The notes under the pieces: generated by a model | The model's database searches: none | What the model was told of the DNA's origin: nothing | The model's input: only the letters and a program-made list of their open reading frames with translations | IMG/VR virus record: IMGVR_UViG_3300028804_000002 | Span: 1-64,000 of that record | Source: a virus | Lineage: Duplodnaviria; Caudoviricetes | Length of the DNA: 64,000 nucleotides | Direction: 5' to 3' (one strand) | Translations under genes and position numbers: made by a program | Shown here: in pieces, positions 20,801 to 29,378 of the stretch | Layout: every line of letters begins with the position of its first letter | Position numbering within the stretch: position 1 is the first letter of the stretch

Positions 20801-23800
20801 GAATTTTTAGCTGACGATTTTCGTGATTATGTACTTTCAGATGGCAAATCAAGGTTTAGTAATAGACCATATAGAAATACTATATTTAGAAGAATAGTAG
20901 ATTTTATTCGTAAATTCTTTTTTGGTGGTATAAATATCACAAAATTATATGAAGAATTAAGAAGAGGAGATCTTAATAAATATACTCCTTCTATAAATAA
21001 TGCTATGTTTGGAAAACTCAATTCAAGTATAGTTAATGATTTAAATGAAGAGATATTTGATAATAAAAAAGCATCTTATTATAGAGGAGTTATGGATATG
21101 CTTCTTGGTGAAGAATTATTGTCTAGAAATATTGGTGTGGAGTCTTTAAAGAATAATCCTAAACTTACTACAGCTGTTTATAATAATCTTTATAATAGAA
21201 TAAATGATTTCTTAGATCCTTTGTTTGATGCTAGAGAAGCTGGACAACCTTATAATGAAGAATTATTTGATGATCTTTATAAACTTACAGATAATAATAA
21301 CTGGAATAAGTTTATTAATTATCATAAAAAATATTCTAAACTTGGAACAGATATACAGTTTGATATTGAAACTGCTGTAAATGATTTATTTAGAAATGAG
21401 GAAAAATTAGGAGAAGAAGATTATATTATAGAACAATATGAAGAAGATGATGATCCAATAACTGAAACTCCAGATGAAGCCGATCAAGATCCAAATAATG
21501 ATGCTAATTATGCTGGAGAAAGATCTATATTTGATTTCGCAGGTAATGAAATATCTTCATCTAATGCAGCTAGTTTAGAGACTAAATCTCTAATTAGAAT
21601 GCTAAAGAAAGTTATTTATAAGGATGGAAAATTTGAAATACAATATGATAGTAATGGATTTGCCAGACTTAATGATTTCTCTCATACTTGGAATAATCTT
21701 GCAGCTTCTTTAGCAGATCTTCCAACATATGAAGATATGTATAACAAACTTCTAGATAATCAAACTCAAATAAAAATACCTGAAATAGTAGAATTACTTA
21801 AATATTTACCTCATCCTACTACTGTTGCAACTAAACAACAATTAGATAGAGTACTTGCATTTAGAAGAGATTTTAATAGATCTCAGGTGGATATTTTTAG
21901 TGGTAAGATTACTGAATCTAATGATTTCTTCTTTTTACAAGAGACTAAAAGAAATATAGATCAAATAGAAAAAGAATGGACTTCTAACTTCTTATCATTA
22001 GATCCAGAACATAAGTTATTTAAAGATGGTATAGTTTTACAAGATGATGATGGTAGAAATTATATAAATCCAGAAGTAACTCTTTCTTATAATCTTCAAG
22101 ATCAGAATCAGAGACAAGAATTTCTAGATTTAATTGGATTTACTTTCTCTGATGAGACAATGAGAAATGCCAATGTAAGAGCGACTTTTCTAGGATTTTT
22201 ACAATCTATTCAAAATAATATAAATCAAAGATTAAAGTTTGGACAGAAGATATACAATCCTGTTTATGATCTTAAACAAGATCTAAGAAATGATCAAAGA
22301 GAAATAATACTTAAAGGTCTTGGTGGTAGAATTAATGCATTTATTGGAATAGAATCTTTGTATTCTAGTCTTAATCCTTCTATGTCTTATCAAAATGCTG
22401 AAGGTAATACTATATATGCATTAATGCTTAATAACTTCTTAACAAAGACTGCTGGCCTAATAAATAATGTTAAATCTTACGATGAACTTGTTTCTAAACG
22501 TGAGGCTCAATATTTAAATTATTTAAATAATCCTTATGTAAAGAACTCATTATTTTTAAATAAAATCTTTAATCAAGATGGATCTAAGAATAATATAAAA
22601 CTTATTGTAGGTAATTATAGTGGTCTTAAGATAGTAACTCCTAAAGGTAGTAAAGCATATTCTACTACTTCTTTGAACTTAAGAGATAAGATCATTATGG
22701 ATATGAACTCCTTACTTAGATCTGGAGCTATTGAAATAATGAGAACTGAAAGTTCTAAAACTGCTTATTTTATTAAACTTGATAAATATGGAGAAACTGG
22801 ATATCTTCCATCTAATATAGAGCAATTTATTTCTGGATTTAATTCTCCTACATTTATTAAGATAATGAAAGGTTATCTTATAGATGAAATTGAGAGAATG
22901 AAAAATGCTGATAAGATAACTCTTGAGAATTATCCAAAAGAAGCAGCCAAACAATTTAATCTATTTAGAGATATACTAAGATTAAAATCAACAGATACTG
23001 AATCTAATACAGAAAGATTAAAAGATAAAATTAAAGAAGATATTAAAATAATGTCTCCTGAAGAAGTTGTTAATCAAAATAATGATGAAATAGAAAAAGC
23101 CATTATTCAATTCTTTGATGGAGAATATGAATCATTTCTAGATCTATTATCTGATGAAGGTATTAGTAGAGATGATATAGCTGTTAGTTTAAGAAGTTTT
23201 AGTACTCCTCAATTATATAGAGCATTTATTGCAAATGATTTTATATTAAATGTTGAATATACTAAAATATTTGATGGTGATACTGTATTTCAAGCTCATT
23301 ATAAAGATTATCATAAAAGAGCCAAAGGAGCTATATCTACTGGACATGATCCAATGGTAGATGGTATGTTTGTAAGATTTATGCAAAATAATGAGCATAA
23401 TACAGTTGCTGGATTTTTAGGAGCAGCAAATCTTAATGATTATATTACTACTAAATCTTTAGTTATAAATGATGATAAAAGATCATCTATATATGTAGAT
23501 CATTCTATAATACAAGAAAATCTTAAGAAAGTTAATCCTGCTCTTACAGATACTCAAATTGATGCTATAGTAGATAAATATAAAAATATGACTATTGGTG
23601 ATGGTCAAGGTCACATTTCTTTGGATTTTTATAGGCAATTTTTAATGTCTATTCATAACTGGTCAGATAAGCAAGAACTTATGTATCAAAAAGAACTTGC
23701 TTGGTTCAGACTTAATTATGCAGATCTTAATCCAGAATATTCTGAAGAACAAAAATCTAGAGATAGAAATTTTATAGAAAAATATAAAGATATAGTAGCT

Positions 23801-26800
23801 TCATTTACACCAATTAAAATGCAATACAATGGTCCTATTGAAACTACTGGTACTTATGCTCAAGTGATGGATAAGTTCTCAGTAGCTCCTTTAATACCAT
23901 CTATTATACAAGGTACTCCTTTAGAAAAGCAGCATTTTGAAATGGTTAAAAAAGGTATTGGTTATTCTAAATTTGAAAGTGGTACTAAGAAATTCAGATA
24001 TACTGCACATAAAGCTTATACTGAAAATGGAGTAGATATGGATCTGAAAGATTATAATCCTCCAGTTCATTTCTTACAATTCTTAAAAGAACAAATCAAT
24101 ACTAAGTCTGAAATAGATGAAGATAAAGAATCAATATTTGGTTCTCAAATCAGAAAATTGATAATGGCTAACGTATTTTCTAATGGATTAGCTAATGATA
24201 AATGGTTAGATATTAGAAATCGTTATAAGTCTATAATAAGAAATATTCGTAATTTTGAGAAAGAAAAACTCTATAACGAACTTGGTCTAGTTGATAAAGA
24301 CGGTAAAACTGTAATAGATAATCTAGAAAGATTCATTGATGCTATTCAAAGACAAGCTGAATTTAGAGATCTTAATAATAATGTAAGAGATTATATTCAA
24401 TATGATAAAGATACTGGAAATGTTAAGTATCCACTTGAAGCTTCTTTAAATAAGAAAGCTATTCAAGGTATGCTTATGGGTATTATAGATAACAGACTTC
24501 GCAAGCAAAAGATAAGTGGAGATATGCTTATTCAAGTATCTTCATCTGGATTTGAATCTAATAATTTCAAATACAAAAATGCGGATGCAAAAGATGCAGC
24601 CCTTTATGGAACTAATGGATTAAAATTCTATGATATTTATACGGATAAAAATGGAGATCTTAAAACAAGAGGCATCCAAGTAAAAGTATCTATTATAGGA
24701 TTTAAAAAATTACTTAATAGAAAACATCCAGATGGTCAAAATATTAAAACTATCGAACGTCTTAATGCTTTATTAAAGGATGAAAAATGGTTAGAATCTA
24801 ATAGAAATCTAGTAACTATGATAGGTTATCGTATACCTACTCAAGGTACTAACTCTATTGAATATATGGAAGTAGCAGAATTCTTACCAGAAATTGCTGG
24901 TAATATTGTTATACCTCCAGCTGAGATTGTAGCTAAATCAGGTTCTGACTTTGATATTGATAAAATGTCAGTATTTAGACCATCATTTGATAGATTTGGT
25001 AATCTTGTAAGTGAAGATACAATAGAAGATCTACAGAAGGCTTTGGATGAAAAACAAAATGCTAATAAAATAAATGTACTTAAAGCTAAATATAACATTA
25101 CTGGTAACATAGAAGCTCTTAGTGATGTTCTTGAGCAAGAAGATGATCTGGATTTAGATCCTGAAACTAAACAACTTAAGAAAGAAATAACTAAACTTAG
25201 AAATTCTCGTAAGCAAATATATAGTAATCAACTAATTAAATTGTATTCAGAAATACTTAGTGATCCTGCTATGTATCAACAATTGATTACTCCGAATGAT
25301 ACTAACTTAATTAAAAAGCCAGTTCTTGAAGTTGCTAAGAAAATTGGTAAACTTTCAAATAGGGATTTTAAAATAAATAAACAAACAGGAGAAGAAACAA
25401 AAGAAGCTTATTCTGGAACTCAGATATATCGTTATAAAAATAACCTTCGTAAATTTGATTCACTTCTTTCTGCTAAGAATTTACTTGGTGTATTTGCAGT
25501 TAATAATTCATTTAGTCAGTTATTACAACAAGCTAATGTAGGTCTTAATATGCGTTATAATATTAAACAAGCTTTTAGACCAACTAAAAGAGATGTTAGA
25601 TTATTACTTTTAAGTCCTAAAGAAAGAGAAGCTGTAATGAAAGATGGTAGAATAAATGTCTCTAGTAAATATAATGTTTTTGGAGAACTTAAACAAGATT
25701 ATTTCTCTCAGTTAATTAATGGTACTGTAGATGCTGCTAGTGATGATTTCTTAGGTTATGTTAATATATCTTATGAAAATATTGGTGTAATTAACTATTT
25801 ATTACATATAGGAGTTCCATTTCAACGTATTATTTGGTTTATTAATCAGCCAGTAATGCTTAAATATTATTCAGAACTTAAAAGATCTAAAGATTATAAA
25901 AATGAAATTCAAGGTAAAATACTTGGTAATTTAAGAAATCAAAGTTATTTTTATATTCAAGAATCAGAAACAGGAGAAGGTGTTGAAAGATTCAGTGGAG
26001 ATAAATTTAATAATGCTATTAATGAACTTTTAAGTGGTACTACAATTAAAGTAAAAGAAGGTAAAAAAGAGAATGTTAAAATAATACCTGATAATTTCTA
26101 TTTTAGTGATAATAAATTAAAAGAGAATGCTACAAGAAATTATGAAGATTTTCTTCAAAAGTCAGAAAATAAAACATACCAAGCGGCTGTATTTGCTTAT
26201 TTTATATCTTTACAAGAACAAGCGCAATTATTTAGAAACTATCAATCAGTATTTAATATGGATACTACTAAAATGCAGAATCCAATGGATGCATTTAGAT
26301 TGATATTTAAACAATCTCAAATAGTTAAAAATGGTCTTTTCAGTAAAGAAGATATTCAAGAAATAGAAAGTGGTAGTATTATATCACCTTTTATAAATAA
26401 TAAGACTTTGACATTTAATGTCGCTAAAGAACTCATGCCATTTGCTTTTAATACTCGATTAACTGGTAGTGCAGCTAAATTTATAGAAAATAGTATTTAT
26501 GCTAATAGAGTTAAAATATCTAAAATAATGGGTACTATTGAGAATGATTGGGTTGAATATATAATTAAATCTTTTGGTATTATTAATGGATTACCTCTTA
26601 CTACGTACACAAACACACTATTACTTGGTAAGAATTCATTAGCTAAAAGATTAATAGTTATTAGAAATAAATATCCTAACCTATTAAAAGAATATTCTTT
26701 CTTTGATAGATTAAGAACCAATATAAGTCCATTTAATCAAATTAAGCAACAGAATATTGAAGTTCAAAAATTATTTGAAGATACATCGGATGATCAGAAT

Positions 26801-28840
26801 AGATATATAACTGAGTTTAGAAGACTTATAAATTTTACTGATAATAGGTATACTTTACAACAACAGGCTGAAATAAGAAAGTTCTTTACAGACCTTGCTA
26901 CTCTTGGATTCTTACAATCAGGATTTAATAGAAGTCCTATATCTTTTCAAGAACTTATACCATATGAACAAATGGCTGATTTATTCTTTAATGCTTTAAA
27001 AACATTTAAAGAAAACGTAGAAAGTAATCCTGAAATACTTAAGAAGTTTGTAGATTCTTTTATGAGTCAATTTAAATCTATAAATCCTACTTTAGTATCT
27101 TCTAAAGCAAGAAGTAAACAATCTTGGAGAGGCAAAACTTATCACTTAACTCCAGAATTATATGCTCAAATTCAAGGTGAATTTTTAAAGAAAGCTAAAC
27201 AGAATCAAATTAAGCAACTTGAAAGTGAGCAATTTAGTCAACTTAATCCAGAAATAGATCAAGATGGTAATATTATTCTTGAATCTAAATTTATTGATAA
27301 TATAAAAACTATAAGACAAACATTAATAAGTTTAACAAATGTAATAGAAAATGGAGAAAAAACTTTACAAGATAGAGATGGTAAGAATAAAACTCTTGTC
27401 AATATTAGACTACTTGGTCAATACAGATTTGTTCCAGAGGATAATCTTGTTTATAAGGTCGTAAATGATAAACAAACAGTAGGTTATAATCCTGAAGTAA
27501 TAGCTAAAACATTAGGATATAGTACATTCTTTGAATTAGGTAAAGATAATAAAATGCTTGCTTTTAGTGCTGGTATGCAAACTCGTAATATATATAGAGT
27601 AGAGCCTCTTATATCTGAAGTAGATAATGTACCAGTCCAAAAAGAAAATCTTAATGATGAAGTTGAAGAAAGTTCTCCAGAAATTTTGCCAACTGAAGAA
27701 AAAGTCGTATCTTCAGGTATGATAGATTTTCAGGAAGATAAATCAACTGGATATGCTGCTAGAACTACAAAAAATGCTTCTGCAGATGCTACAATTGCAG
27801 TAGCAATAGATTTTACAAGTGCTGGAGAGAAAGCTACTAAATCAGCTGTAGAGGCTCAAAAGAAGCTTTATGCTCCAATAGATATGGCAAGATTAAGTAC
27901 TTTAATAGAAGTTTCTAAAGCTGCTCAAGAAGTAGTAGATAAATTATTAACTCTTAATAAAAAAGATATTAATTTAAATATTGCTGGTAATGGTATTTAT
28001 ACAATGAAACATGTAAATATCTCTCAAAAAAATGTAGATAATAAGATTTTAGTTTTATTAAATGCAATATTAACCAAATTACAAGATACTGGAGTAAGAA
28101 TAATTTCTATAAGGACAGGTGGTCAAACTGGAGTAGATGAAGCAGGTGCTAAAGCAGGATTAAGTCTTGGAATACCTACTACAATTTTAGCTCCTAAAGG
28201 CTGGAAATTTAGAGATATTAATGGAAAAGATATTTCTAATGAGAAAGCTTTTAAAGCAAGATTTAATATAGAAATAGAAGATAAAACTTCAAGACAAATA
28301 AATAGTCAAGATGCTAAAGAGCTTTATAAAGAAGCTGCAAAAGTAGAACAGCCTCAAAATGCTCGTGGATTAGCTATGGAGTATATTATAGGAGGAGGTA
28401 AATTAAGTCCAGAAACTCTTTATAATGAAGTTTTAACTAAAAGAGATGAAAGATTAACTCCTACTAAACAAAAAACTGCAGAAGAAGTAAAATCTAGAGA
28501 TTATATTAAAAAAGGAGCTAAATCTATTAAAGAAGTAGCTCATAATATATGGGATGATCTTACAGAAGATATGCAAAATAGAATATCTGAACAAGATATA
28601 AGAGACGAATTAATTAGTATAGTTAAAGACTTTAATAAAAGACTTGATATAGCTAAAGACTATATGAATATTTACGCTGAAAAACCAGTAGAAGATATTA
28701 AACCTGAAGAAGAATCACCATTTACTTCAGATGAAGAATTAATAACTAAAGGATTAAAAGTAGTATCATCAACTGATCATACAGAAGAAGAATTGAAACA
28801 AATTGAACAAAAAATTAAAGACTGTTTAGGTGGAAAATAA
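14843..28840 (+). CDS. Giant virion-packaged DNA-dependent RNA polymerase (crAss/phi14:2 gp66 type) with accessory domains
   Basis: Catalytic 'GSDFDIDK' (DFDID at 24947-24961) preceded by 'YRIPTQ'; 'GDGQG' and 'KRAKG' motifs; two HExxH zincin motifs; C-terminal SLOG-like domain. Confidence 0.92.
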   Translation: MAEPTSDILTGINPVEVLNMQHDTEARYAELFKSIDTTPPNITQPQLPDFHQGIVGPGDNINIDKNSYDYQLADFANLTKNVQKQYPDSFKFQPDLRIPQTETNRYIDEDFGYKLERDNEDFYASQQGAFKEIMKALFVKLPTYTFTKLGTGVGYLLGLVDPTNWGSNYIQKAGDNMIAKAFSDLEDNLKNDWLTTYRHTVDQNKGFFERAGTDLSFWTEDFVDGAAFLASAFVPGAIISKVGLGVKAAQLAELANGVEKSSALLTNLGKFSVKYGDRLFTTAVNTASESMFEAKGVRDKVFADLMATGKYSKDEATDIAAQKAKNSFLWNMAALSFSNAWETNLFYKALGKSAPSKIETKVTSLLEDYAAAGTAKKLGKLAYYSNKALQGALVEGFYEENIQLAIQRKNEGRNTYNGYFTVLGQLLQQTKDAIKGNDKEAAENIGMGALIGVIFGTGTSLATKEYSRDRIATERLVASLNEAKNNWLKVQDIYTVGPDGKIKEDKAKVAAAFLTQMKTANDLSEAQTIEHPILRNLAQKEIFSTFIASHLQQGSFDLLMKQLDNINTYKPEDLIKLGFDPKGDVAAQIMEYKNYAQRVANIKKSIDDKVVVTAPADLARKNYLFTLGSRQVALDQELNKVESNIGSLQSEIGYSSITDSLVDDLNSKQVKIKAQKKTVAQAEQEDIQDAQTKLDKYQSEYDNIVKDNEETIKKLKKDKNGFYFYEDDKKNKHPRVADLGQEIYFKAELENTIDDTMDEYNNTLTDRKDFNKKYQESLKVVQERLKEEAEKVKKAEEQKRAEEVKQTQPVPTETKKEPTTQTNEPVQAPVASQQERHDAILAKIPKTKNINVNLLNRLMVEVNQASIKGEISEDQESDLIAMLNAKNPIGTILDTEEDFKSEEEKIVTQEKSEDPKDNGFNPDTNTIQDINFEEETFSALAFRSSNKTVTQEEVEKEGSYVGVLDEDPYKVFKQGFLRYLIVNNLAQNQYKGLIIKDRKDLPRDRGSAKQTELGHVMVITDINGNIVYFDKDYNPSLNKTLGYQEIIYSFNKVAFKDLEEARALLGEQKTGIPLDQWLDFYKRQEEERELARILVDKGIPVPVSISGMAAGMQRQGTKPIDAKIALADQKYKLHIPQALESYDIKDPNKNKFVFNIDGQNLINGAIYIQTQRSENEPAVYTRIIPNKIGDNSKLFEDIKNVFLHSYKDENEANIAKDYLKKVLFLGYTNRPTIITTFNSDRDVYTLDLFENKQVIPKPDVVQFIADQRLNVTKLNINGRFNYYSIKDKKLAVDEIEDYNNFIIENSKTRARNIITTKGKVLMNINTYMMFNFDQGLETMQALAEGKEAEPVVDSLDDLAIEEIERRRQEELEPITKEIEKVEKEIEKIEKEDKTQGAYDFSASSNSGKWNSANNELLSLVQDNRKAFAIYKFLIGDMETFKEIVDFLNERGIEIPYTDRMKRADETMTAEERKSAIDSYNNSVTSKVEDKVQVEKDILSENNLQDETEYTPQELIEKYPLTGVQKVIWNLIKDIVNKLGIKVKFSSGRITEGFDGSNNPQNGEILIRPSTLKNGRFGEVLVHEVVHALTTKIISRVNSGVTTGLTQKQINAVKGLMKLFEAVKADNNLENKYPVKDVFEFIAHLTNEAFVKELESKDKTFLQKVVDFIADILGITNANELSKQYLKDIISDGTFLQEQGITVLASDYSGNLQGSKNDTKLRQLKDKLQELKEQVAKINAKYDEQINSLSQKITKGQNIAQLNNLPELIDKANKTKLSTQDKINLDNDPLAFFTFLKDQALAGNLAMMDKPENYGKEFMDDVLNFFNIKRDDSSLKKEDIKPQRRTRIQDAENQVDEEAKNQNKNEEDLFSGDLQARVTEEENQKLFLTDTEITKVNEMFGEKVARRVYGIINSSAYATWSTSGIKLFENAVVGTGYHEAWHHFSQMYLTIDQKRNLYHEVRMRNVEFKTRDGRTLKSLSSTDFDIEEFLADDFRDYVLSDGKSRFSNRPYRNTIFRRIVDFIRKFFFGGINITKLYEELRRGDLNKYTPSINNAMFGKLNSSIVNDLNEEIFDNKKASYYRGVMDMLLGEELLSRNIGVESLKNNPKLTTAVYNNLYNRINDFLDPLFDAREAGQPYNEELFDDLYKLTDNNNWNKFINYHKKYSKLGTDIQFDIETAVNDLFRNEEKLGEEDYIIEQYEEDDDPITETPDEADQDPNNDANYAGERSIFDFAGNEISSSNAASLETKSLIRMLKKVIYKDGKFEIQYDSNGFARLNDFSHTWNNLAASLADLPTYEDMYNKLLDNQTQIKIPEIVELLKYLPHPTTVATKQQLDRVLAFRRDFNRSQVDIFSGKITESNDFFFLQETKRNIDQIEKEWTSNFLSLDPEHKLFKDGIVLQDDDGRNYINPEVTLSYNLQDQNQRQEFLDLIGFTFSDETMRNANVRATFLGFLQSIQNNINQRLKFGQKIYNPVYDLKQDLRNDQREIILKGLGGRINAFIGIESLYSSLNPSMSYQNAEGNTIYALMLNNFLTKTAGLINNVKSYDELVSKREAQYLNYLNNPYVKNSLFLNKIFNQDGSKNNIKLIVGNYSGLKIVTPKGSKAYSTTSLNLRDKIIMDMNSLLRSGAIEIMRTESSKTAYFIKLDKYGETGYLPSNIEQFISGFNSPTFIKIMKGYLIDEIERMKNADKITLENYPKEAAKQFNLFRDILRLKSTDTESNTERLKDKIKEDIKIMSPEEVVNQNNDEIEKAIIQFFDGEYESFLDLLSDEGISRDDIAVSLRSFSTPQLYRAFIANDFILNVEYTKIFDGDTVFQAHYKDYHKRAKGAISTGHDPMVDGMFVRFMQNNEHNTVAGFLGAANLNDYITTKSLVINDDKRSSIYVDHSIIQENLKKVNPALTDTQIDAIVDKYKNMTIGDGQGHISLDFYRQFLMSIHNWSDKQELMYQKELAWFRLNYADLNPEYSEEQKSRDRNFIEKYKDIVASFTPIKMQYNGPIETTGTYAQVMDKFSVAPLIPSIIQGTPLEKQHFEMVKKGIGYSKFESGTKKFRYTAHKAYTENGVDMDLKDYNPPVHFLQFLKEQINTKSEIDEDKESIFGSQIRKLIMANVFSNGLANDKWLDIRNRYKSIIRNIRNFEKEKLYNELGLVDKDGKTVIDNLERFIDAIQRQAEFRDLNNNVRDYIQYDKDTGNVKYPLEASLNKKAIQGMLMGIIDNRLRKQKISGDMLIQVSSSGFESNNFKYKNADAKDAALYGTNGLKFYDIYTDKNGDLKTRGIQVKVSIIGFKKLLNRKHPDGQNIKTIERLNALLKDEKWLESNRNLVTMIGYRIPTQGTNSIEYMEVAEFLPEIAGNIVIPPAEIVAKSGSDFDIDKMSVFRPSFDRFGNLVSEDTIEDLQKALDEKQNANKINVLKAKYNITGNIEALSDVLEQEDDLDLDPETKQLKKEITKLRNSRKQIYSNQLIKLYSEILSDPAMYQQLITPNDTNLIKKPVLEVAKKIGKLSNRDFKINKQTGEETKEAYSGTQIYRYKNNLRKFDSLLSAKNLLGVFAVNNSFSQLLQQANVGLNMRYNIKQAFRPTKRDVRLLLLSPKEREAVMKDGRINVSSKYNVFGELKQDYFSQLINGTVDAASDDFLGYVNISYENIGVINYLLHIGVPFQRIIWFINQPVMLKYYSELKRSKDYKNEIQGKILGNLRNQSYFYIQESETGEGVERFSGDKFNNAINELLSGTTIKVKEGKKENVKIIPDNFYFSDNKLKENATRNYEDFLQKSENKTYQAAVFAYFISLQEQAQLFRNYQSVFNMDTTKMQNPMDAFRLIFKQSQIVKNGLFSKEDIQEIESGSIISPFINNKTLTFNVAKELMPFAFNTRLTGSAAKFIENSIYANRVKISKIMGTIENDWVEYIIKSFGIINGLPLTTYTNTLLLGKNSLAKRLIVIRNKYPNLLKEYSFFDRLRTNISPFNQIKQQNIEVQKLFEDTSDDQNRYITEFRRLINFTDNRYTLQQQAEIRKFFTDLATLGFLQSGFNRSPISFQELIPYEQMADLFFNALKTFKENVESNPEILKKFVDSFMSQFKSINPTLVSSKARSKQSWRGKTYHLTPELYAQIQGEFLKKAKQNQIKQLESEQFSQLNPEIDQDGNIILESKFIDNIKTIRQTLISLTNVIENGEKTLQDRDGKNKTLVNIRLLGQYRFVPEDNLVYKVVNDKQTVGYNPEVIAKTLGYSTFFELGKDNKMLAFSAGMQTRNIYRVEPLISEVDNVPVQKENLNDEVEESSPEILPTEEKVVSSGMIDFQEDKSTGYAARTTKNASADATIAVAIDFTSAGEKATKSAVEAQKKLYAPIDMARLSTLIEVSKAAQEVVDKLLTLNKKDINLNIAGNGIYTMKHVNISQKNVDNKILVLLNAILTKLQDTGVRIISIRTGGQTGVDEAGAKAGLSLGIPTTILAPKGWKFRDINGKDISNEKAFKARFNIEIEDKTSRQINSQDAKELYKEAAKVEQPQNARGLAMEYIIGGGKLSPETLYNEVLTKRDERLTPTKQKTAEEVKSRDYIKKGAKSIKEVAHNIWDDLTEDMQNRISEQDIRDELISIVKDFNKRLDIAKDYMNIYAEKPVEDIKPEEESPFTSDEELITKGLKVVSSTDHTEEELKQIEQKIKDCLGGK

Positions 28841-29378
28841 AATTACAATATATAGTTTGATTGATCCAATATCTAATGAAGTTAGATATATTGGTAAAAC
28901 CATACAAAAACCAGAAAGTAGACATAGCAGTCATATATCTCAATCAAAACATAATAAAAAGAAAGATTATACACATTGTTGGATTAAATCATTATTAAAT
29001 AATAATAATAAACCTATATTAAATATTGTTGAAGAAACTTATGATATTACAAGAGAAACTTATTGGATAAAATATTATAGAGAATTGGGCTGTAAACTTA
29101 CTAATTTTACTGATGGTGGAGAACTAGGTAATATTGGTAAAACTTGGAAAGTTAAAGATAGTAGTAAGATGGGGAGAAAAAGAATACACAAAGAGCCAAA
29201 AATTCACAAATTAAATAAACCAGTTATAGCATTCAAAGAAAATAAAAAATTTGAATTTTTAACACCAAAAATTGCTTCTACAGAACTTAATATAGAATAT
29301 AGTGGTATAATGAAATGCTTAAGAGGAGATATTTCCAAAATAAAAGGTTATAAATTTATATACAATGAGTTGTCCTAA
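28830..29378 (+). mobile_element. Free-standing GIY-YIG homing endonuclease
   Basis: 'TIYSLIDP...VRYIGKT...R...H' and 'RETYWIKYY...LTN' motifs, with a NUMOD1-like C-terminal HTH. Overlaps both neighbours. Confidence 0.88.

Noticed and set aside
8865-29378. Group I introns or inteins around the homing endonucleases or in the RNAP, polymerase and RNR
   Set aside because: The endonuclease ORFs overlap or abut complete-looking genes with no space for intron cores, and no intein C/S...HN junction motifs were noticed.
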